A stretch of 63,882 nucleotides of DNA, filler included, from Stramenopiles sp. TOSAG23-2 (lineage: Eukaryota): assembly GCA_900128395.1 (NCBI GenBank). It is 13 parts of 13 records of this genome, joined end to end, with 100 filler letters (N's around TTAATTAATTAA, not from the genome) between each part and the next. Parts side by side here need not be neighbours in the genome. Positions count along the whole stretch, not along the records: positions 54,171 to 58,976 come from LT650809.1; positions 59,077 to 63,882 come from LT650810.1; 11 more parts are not named here. One strand, written 5' to 3'. Positions 58,562 to 63,882 of this stretch are shown here, one piece after another. Position numbers and translations under genes: made by a program. Below the pieces are notes generated by a model. The model saw only the letters and a list, made by a program, of their open reading frames with translations. It had not been told where the DNA came from and did not search any database. Positions within the stretch are counted from its first letter, which is position 1, and the number at the start of each line of letters is the position of its first letter.

Positions 58562-58843
58562 ATGTCATCATATCAAACCCCAGATACTAAAAAAGAAGAA
58601 TTTCGTAAATACTTGGAAAAAAGTGGTGTAATCGATGCCTTAACAAAAGTTTTAGTAGGCTTATATGAGGAACCAGAACGTCCACCAAATGCTGTGGAAT
58701 ACATCAAACGTTATTTAGGTGCCCCAGCTGGCGTAGATGTGGAAGCTTTGAAATCTGAAAATGCACGATTAAAGAAAGAAAATGCCGCATTACAAGAAAA
58801 GGTTGAACAAGCTGCAAACAATATGGGAGGTAAAGATGAATAA
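58562..58843 (+). CDS. MYCBP: c-Myc-binding protein (AMY-1/FAP174 homologue)
   Basis: KKEEFRKYLEKSGVIDALTKVLVGLYEEPERP. Confidence 0.93.
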   Translation: MSSYQTPDTKKEEFRKYLEKSGVIDALTKVLVGLYEEPERPPNAVEYIKRYLGAPAGVDVEALKSENARLKKENAALQEKVEQAANNMGGKDE

Positions 58844-58922
58844 ATAAATGTAACTTATATCACCTCAAAAATGTTTCGTCACCTTTAATAATAAAAAATA
58901 ACAATGTTTTAGTAAAAAATAG

Positions 58923-58956
<34 letters not shown>

Positions 58957-59130
58957 CAAGTATTATGGTATTAATGNNNNNNNNNNNNNNNNNNNNNNNN
59001 NNNNNNNNNNNNNNNNNNNNTTAATTAATTAANNNNNNNNNNNNNNNNNNNNNNNNNNNNNNNNNNNNNNNNNNNNTTTACAATGCCACCTATACGATAC
59101 CAGGAACGTGTTTTTAAATTTAATTGTTCC

Positions 59131-62100
59131 TGGTTTGCAGATGATGAGCTAGAATCAGCACCAATGGAAAAGAAAACAAATAGGAAAAACAGGGTGGATA
59201 GTAATTTAAGAGAAAATTTAAGTTTTAAAAGTCGCAACCGAGGAACCGTACGTGGAAATAAAGGGACACTTGGTTACAAATTCAAAGATCAATTAAAAGA
59301 GCTACACACGTCACTGATGGCAACTACGCCACATTTCATTCGTTGTATTAAGCCGAATATGTTTAAAGTAGGAGTAAAAGATGATCAAGCAGCTGATCTT
59401 GATAAATTTCATGGAGAGTTAGTGCTTCGACAGATGCGCTATTCTGGCCTATTTGAGCTTATTAAAATTCGAAAAGCTGGGTATATGTTTAGATTTACAA
59501 TTGAAGAGTTTTGTGGACGTTATCGTTTAATTGCACCACATGTTGTACCACCATTGAAAAAAGAAGGCGTAGATTGGCATGCAATGGCTGGTGTCATCTT
59601 ATCAGTAGTAGATCAACGAATGGATGATGTAAAGAAAGTGGGAAGTGAAAACATGGCACGTTGGGTGGTTGGAAAAACAAAGGTCTTTATTAAAAATGGG
59701 GAAGATCAAGAAGTATTAGAACAAATGTTATCGAGTAAACGGTTAAATAGCGTTTTATTAATACAAAACTGGATACGAAGTATTTTAAATCGTAAAAAAT
59801 TTTTCTATTTGTTTTCATTGATTGGTAAATTACATAATAGCGTTCGTCAATTTGATGAAGAAAGATTTGAGATGGTGAAATTAGAATGTGCAAAATACAA
59901 TCATTTTCTAGATCATTTAGTAGAACGTGCAGAAATTATAATGGAAAAAAATCGAAAATTAGTAGCTATATTACGAGGATTAAAATTAGAATTGGCAAAT
60001 GCTATCGAAGCCAAGGATGGTTTGCAGTTAATGCAGATTCTAGAAAAAACTGATCAGTTTACAGCGGAACATAATATTCGATTTGCGCAAAGGGAGGAAG
60101 CAATTGAGATATTAAATTTATTACGAGAGGAAGAAAAAGTTTTAAATAATATTCGTATTGGTTGCATTAATGGTAATTTAGATTTATTAGCAACGAGTTT
60201 AAATGAAGCGGAACAATTAAATTTAAAAACACGTTCCTGGTATCGTATAGGTGGCATTGTAAAAGAATTATTGCAAGCATTATGTAGTAGTGTCCCAGAA
60301 GTATATGCCTACTCTTCGCGTAAAAGACTTAATTCATTAATTCGAATTATGAAAGTCGATCTGAATAAAGTAGATGAAGAAGCATATGAAGGATTGGCAG
60401 CTATTATAGAAGATAGCGAGCAAATTATCAAACGTGGGGAAAGGTTACATGATGTTGCAATTACCTGCAATGGCATGTTGCAATCAGCAATTAAAAATCG
60501 CATATATCGTGAAGTAGAAGAAGCATTAGATTTTACAAGAGAATATATATTAAATGGATTGAATATGAATCTAGATAAATCATTTCAAACGGATGATTTA
60601 ACTGAAGATTTACAACAATTTATTTACGATATGACGTCTACTATGTTTAAAAGTATGGATGAGGCAATAGCGTTGACGGAACAACTTGATAAAGAAGAGG
60701 AAGCATTGCATTATTTATTACTTGCAATCGATGCACGAGAAGAAGAAAAATTAAAAACGTCATTAAGTTTATGTAATAATGTTGGTTTAACAGTCGACAA
60801 TAACGAAATCGTAAAGGACGGCACAAACTTATATAAGCGTGTGGCTCAAGAGGAAGAAATAAGACAAGAAATGCGTGACATGATGTCAAAAAATGTTGCA
60901 TTGCATTATAGGCAATACGATGCAGTTTTGCAAAAAGCAAAGACAATCGGTTTTACGCATCCGGAGGAATTCAGTCTGCTTCAAACATCACGTTGTGTAT
61001 TAAAGGTACAACAATTTATTAGAAAATTAAGAGCAAAGAGAAAAGTAGCTAAATTTCGACGTGCGCAAACTATATTACATGCGGCTATTAAATCTCAAGA
61101 CATGTCTCGTTTGAAAGATTCAATTGTTTATGCCCATAAAAATTTTGGTGGAGAAACAAAATTAATGAAACATGCTAGGTATACCTATGAATATTTAAAA
61201 CGGAGAGATAAAGTTGTAAGAGATGTTACACGTGGCATGGCAGTTGTAACAAATACAAATGCAATTGCCTATGGGATGGATATATTAGGAGAAGCATTGG
61301 CACATGCTGTGAAATATGGAATGACCGATGTACCAAAAATAAAATCTGCTGAAATTTTATTTAAAAATTTAGCTCGTGGTAGAAGAGCAAGGGATATGCT
61401 TCGTAAAATTGGTAAACATGTTGTAATGTCCAATGTACCCGAACAAGATTTATCAGATATGATACAAATTATCGAAGCATCAATGATAGATGCTAGAAAT
61501 AGTGCATTTCCTCAAGATGAAACAGTTATGTCAAAAGCATATGAAGATTTAAAAGTGTTACAAGAAAAAATTAACGTAGTGCGTGAGATTGATTCTGCAG
61601 TGAAACTAAAAAGTTTTGCTAAATTACATACAGCTAGTACAAGCGCATCGAAATTTCGTGAAATGCATGGCTTAGCACATACTGCAACCATGGATCAAAA
61701 AGCAAGGCAAGTTGAAGTTTTATTAAAGTTACGATTGTTTGAACAAGATTTAAGTGTCGTAACATCACCACCAAAAAAGAATAACGAAGGTGAAGAAATG
61801 GATGATGATGAAGGAGAAGATGACGACGACGATATATTAGGTGATGAAGATTTCACAGAAGTAGAAGATATTGATTATGAAGATGATGAGGATAATAATA
61901 TCAATCCTAACAATGACGACGACGACGATGATGATTTAATGAATTTAATAAATTCATTAAGAACAGGATCGATGATGCAAAAGAAACAAAGTATACAAAA
62001 ACTTCAAACATTAGCTGGAGGTGAAGAACAGTTCACTCGTACTGTTCGAGATCATCGTTATCAGCACGGAGCGAAATCTTATAGACTTGGTATACGTAAA

Positions 62101-62610
62101 GATCGAAGAAGAAAATCAGTAACACGAAGAAGAAATTTGAGAACGTCGCCAATTAAAAATCAACAACGAAGAAGAAATGTAAATATGAAAGATCGACCTA
62201 CATGGGGTGTAGGAGAACGGAAATGGTTTGTTGAAAAAACGGATACACCTGATCGTAAGAAGTATTCATTAAATTCGACATCACCTACAGAAAGAGCATT
62301 AGCGGTATTGACAAATAAAAGTAAAAGATTTGCAAAAGGTGAATTATTATCTGGTAACATATCACCAACAGATGCAACAAAACGACGTAATAAAAACCGT
62401 GCTCCGGAGGAATCTATACAAGAAAAACAATCCATTTTAAGACAAAAATCAAATCATGGCAATTCATTAAGTTTACAATACAAAATCTCACAACATTTAT
62501 TGCAATCATCAATTGCACGTCAAAATGAGATATTAGAAAATTTAGCAAAGGATCCAAATTTTATGAAAACATTTGGGGAAACATTGAATTATAAGTTGAT
62601 TGAGAAGTAA
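59131..62610 (+). CDS. Myosin, 5'-partial (end of motor domain, IQ motifs, helical-repeat tail)
   Basis: FKDQLKELHTSLMATTPHFIRCIKPN, VLRQMRYSG, IRKAGY, GKTKVF; IQNWIRS and VQQFIRK. 59077-59130 is an inverted copy of 60210-60263, so the ORF-track ATG is false. Confidence 0.88.
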   Translation, partial: WFADDELESAPMEKKTNRKNRVDSNLRENLSFKSRNRGTVRGNKGTLGYKFKDQLKELHTSLMATTPHFIRCIKPNMFKVGVKDDQAADLDKFHGELVLRQMRYSGLFELIKIRKAGYMFRFTIEEFCGRYRLIAPHVVPPLKKEGVDWHAMAGVILSVVDQRMDDVKKVGSENMARWVVGKTKVFIKNGEDQEVLEQMLSSKRLNSVLLIQNWIRSILNRKKFFYLFSLIGKLHNSVRQFDEERFEMVKLECAKYNHFLDHLVERAEIIMEKNRKLVAILRGLKLELANAIEAKDGLQLMQILEKTDQFTAEHNIRFAQREEAIEILNLLREEEKVLNNIRIGCINGNLDLLATSLNEAEQLNLKTRSWYRIGGIVKELLQALCSSVPEVYAYSSRKRLNSLIRIMKVDLNKVDEEAYEGLAAIIEDSEQIIKRGERLHDVAITCNGMLQSAIKNRIYREVEEALDFTREYILNGLNMNLDKSFQTDDLTEDLQQFIYDMTSTMFKSMDEAIALTEQLDKEEEALHYLLLAIDAREEEKLKTSLSLCNNVGLTVDNNEIVKDGTNLYKRVAQEEEIRQEMRDMMSKNVALHYRQYDAVLQKAKTIGFTHPEEFSLLQTSRCVLKVQQFIRKLRAKRKVAKFRRAQTILHAAIKSQDMSRLKDSIVYAHKNFGGETKLMKHARYTYEYLKRRDKVVRDVTRGMAVVTNTNAIAYGMDILGEALAHAVKYGMTDVPKIKSAEILFKNLARGRRARDMLRKIGKHVVMSNVPEQDLSDMIQIIEASMIDARNSAFPQDETVMSKAYEDLKVLQEKINVVREIDSAVKLKSFAKLHTASTSASKFREMHGLAHTATMDQKARQVEVLLKLRLFEQDLSVVTSPPKKNNEGEEMDDDEGEDDDDDILGDEDFTEVEDIDYEDDEDNNINPNNDDDDDDDLMNLINSLRTGSMMQKKQSIQKLQTLAGGEEQFTRTVRDHRYQHGAKSYRLGIRKDRRRKSVTRRRNLRTSPIKNQQRRRNVNMKDRPTWGVGERKWFVEKTDTPDRKKYSLNSTSPTERALAVLTNKSKRFAKGELLSGNISPTDATKRRNKNRAPEESIQEKQSILRQKSNHGNSLSLQYKISQHLLQSSIARQNEILENLAKDPNFMKTFGETLNYKLIEK

Positions 62611-62737
62611 CCATCACATGGAAATGAGAAGAAGAAGTTGTTTTATATTCGTAGAAAATTTATAATAATTTAGATTTTAACCATCAATTTTATTATAAAA
62701 TTTATGACACTCATAGATAAGTTTAAAAACAATAAAA

Positions 62738-63598
62738 TTATGCTGGTAATAAGATTAATTTTAGAGCTTCAAGTTTTGATTTTGCCTTTCTCATCATAAT
62801 CACAATTTGCCTCATCACACTTTGCCATAAAAAAAAATGATTCAATATTGTTACAAATAGTTTTTCTGAATCTTTCTCATTTTTTAAAAAAGGCATATTA
62901 AACATTACCTCTTGCATATTACTGTACCCAACCACAGCATTCAATATTGATTTTTTATTATCCTTATCTTTGCATTTATCAATACATTTTTTTATTTCTA
63001 CAAACCTTTTGAGATACTTTTGGCCTTGTACACCAAATGAATCAACGTAATTTTTATTTGCTGCTTCCTCTGCTGTCCAAGGTATTATACTTTCACCTTT
63101 ATTGGTTCTTACTGTATTTGCCTTTCTTTTAGCTCTATAACTACTATAAAAACATATAATAGGTCCATTTACCATTCCTGAATGATAAACTTTGCCAATA
63201 GCTGATTTTGTAACCTTCTTTGTTACCTTTTTTGCCAAATCATAGTAAGAAGAATCTAGTTTTATCACACTATTATCATCAATATCAAATTCATTATTAT
63301 TATCAATCCTACTATTTCTTAATCCAAATAATATATGAAAAAATGATTTTGCTCTTTTCTTTGTCTTAAATAGATGTAATGCCATCTCACAATTTACACT
63401 TATTAATTTATCTTTTTGCACACTGCCTTTAACATGTTCAACATGTTGATTGTTTTTAAGTTTTTTAATGATAACGACTGCATCTTGTAGTTTTTGCAGG
63501 AGAGACAAATTTTGTGCCTCAGCTTTTTCTAATAAGCCTTGCTTTAATTGTAACTGGAGTTCCAGTTGCTCAATTTTATTTTTATATACCTCCTCCAT
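62738..63598 (-). CDS. Hypothetical protein with N-terminal coiled coil
   Basis: 286-aa ATG ORF; no domain recognised. Confidence 0.55.
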   Translation of the reverse strand: MEEVYKNKIEQLELQLQLKQGLLEKAEAQNLSLLQKLQDAVVIIKKLKNNQHVEHVKGSVQKDKLISVNCEMALHLFKTKKRAKSFFHILFGLRNSRIDNNNEFDIDDNSVIKLDSSYYDLAKKVTKKVTKSAIGKVYHSGMVNGPIICFYSSYRAKRKANTVRTNKGESIIPWTAEEAANKNYVDSFGVQGQKYLKRFVEIKKCIDKCKDKDNKKSILNAVVGYSNMQEVMFNMPFLKNEKDSEKLFVTILNHFFLWQSVMRQIVIMMRKAKSKLEALKLILLPA

Positions 63599-63882
63599 GG
63601 TTGCTTGAATTAATGTTTTCCTACTAGTGTTGTGTTTTTGTTTCTTACTTTAGTTTTGTTTTATGTTTTAGTATAGACAGTATTATATATATTTACAAGC
63701 TATAATATTATTATAATGTAATATGTAATCATCCAGGTAATATGCTGGCCAGCTGGATATTATATAATAGTGCTACAGTATAGTATAGTAGTCAAAAAAA
63801 ATTACTCCCTGTAAACTTAAAAAACATCAAAGGTCAATAATAGTTTAATACGATGGTATGGCCTTGAAGCGGAAGATGGGAT

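Noticed and set aside
59083-59130. Myosin start codon
   Set aside because: Lies in an inverted copy of 60210-60263; most of the motor domain is missing.

Overview
AT-rich eukaryotic DNA, not a prokaryotic locus. It consists of 13 unrelated ~4.8-kb contigs in decreasing length order, joined by 100-nt N/TTAATTAATTAA/N spacers, so adjacency across spacers carries no meaning. GT-AG introns with CTAAC branch points, ciliary/centrosomal genes (MYCBP, TBC1D31) and a snoRNA guide matching the stramenopile-type 18S sequence suggest a flagellated stramenopile (inference). Inverted and tandem duplications suggest a single-cell amplified assembly. Recognisable genes: two beta-helix/Cys-rich/multi-TM surface proteins, an EFM7-like methyltransferase, a cNMP-binding protein, a P-loop kinase, a C2 protein, stand-alone Nup96, 3R-Myb, a GYF/EF-hand actin-bundling-like protein, a thioredoxin-fold protein, a SIM-UBA-XPCB protein, TBC1D31, NF-YA, MYCBP and a partial myosin. 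Main discovery: three ORF fragments at 56792-57939 (-) join into one 356-aa protein resembling bacterial PrdB/GrdB reductases. It has an in-frame UGA in a U-x-x-C motif, a 77-nt spliceosomal intron, a canonical eukaryotic SECIS in the 3' UTR and a hairpin at the bacterial-SECIS position. It is a candidate eukaryotic selenoprotein of bacterial origin. Also found: an intronic SNORD16/snR87-like snoRNA with compensated non-canonical boxes, and short motifs shared among gene 3' flanks. All family assignments are by recalled motifs, not database searches.
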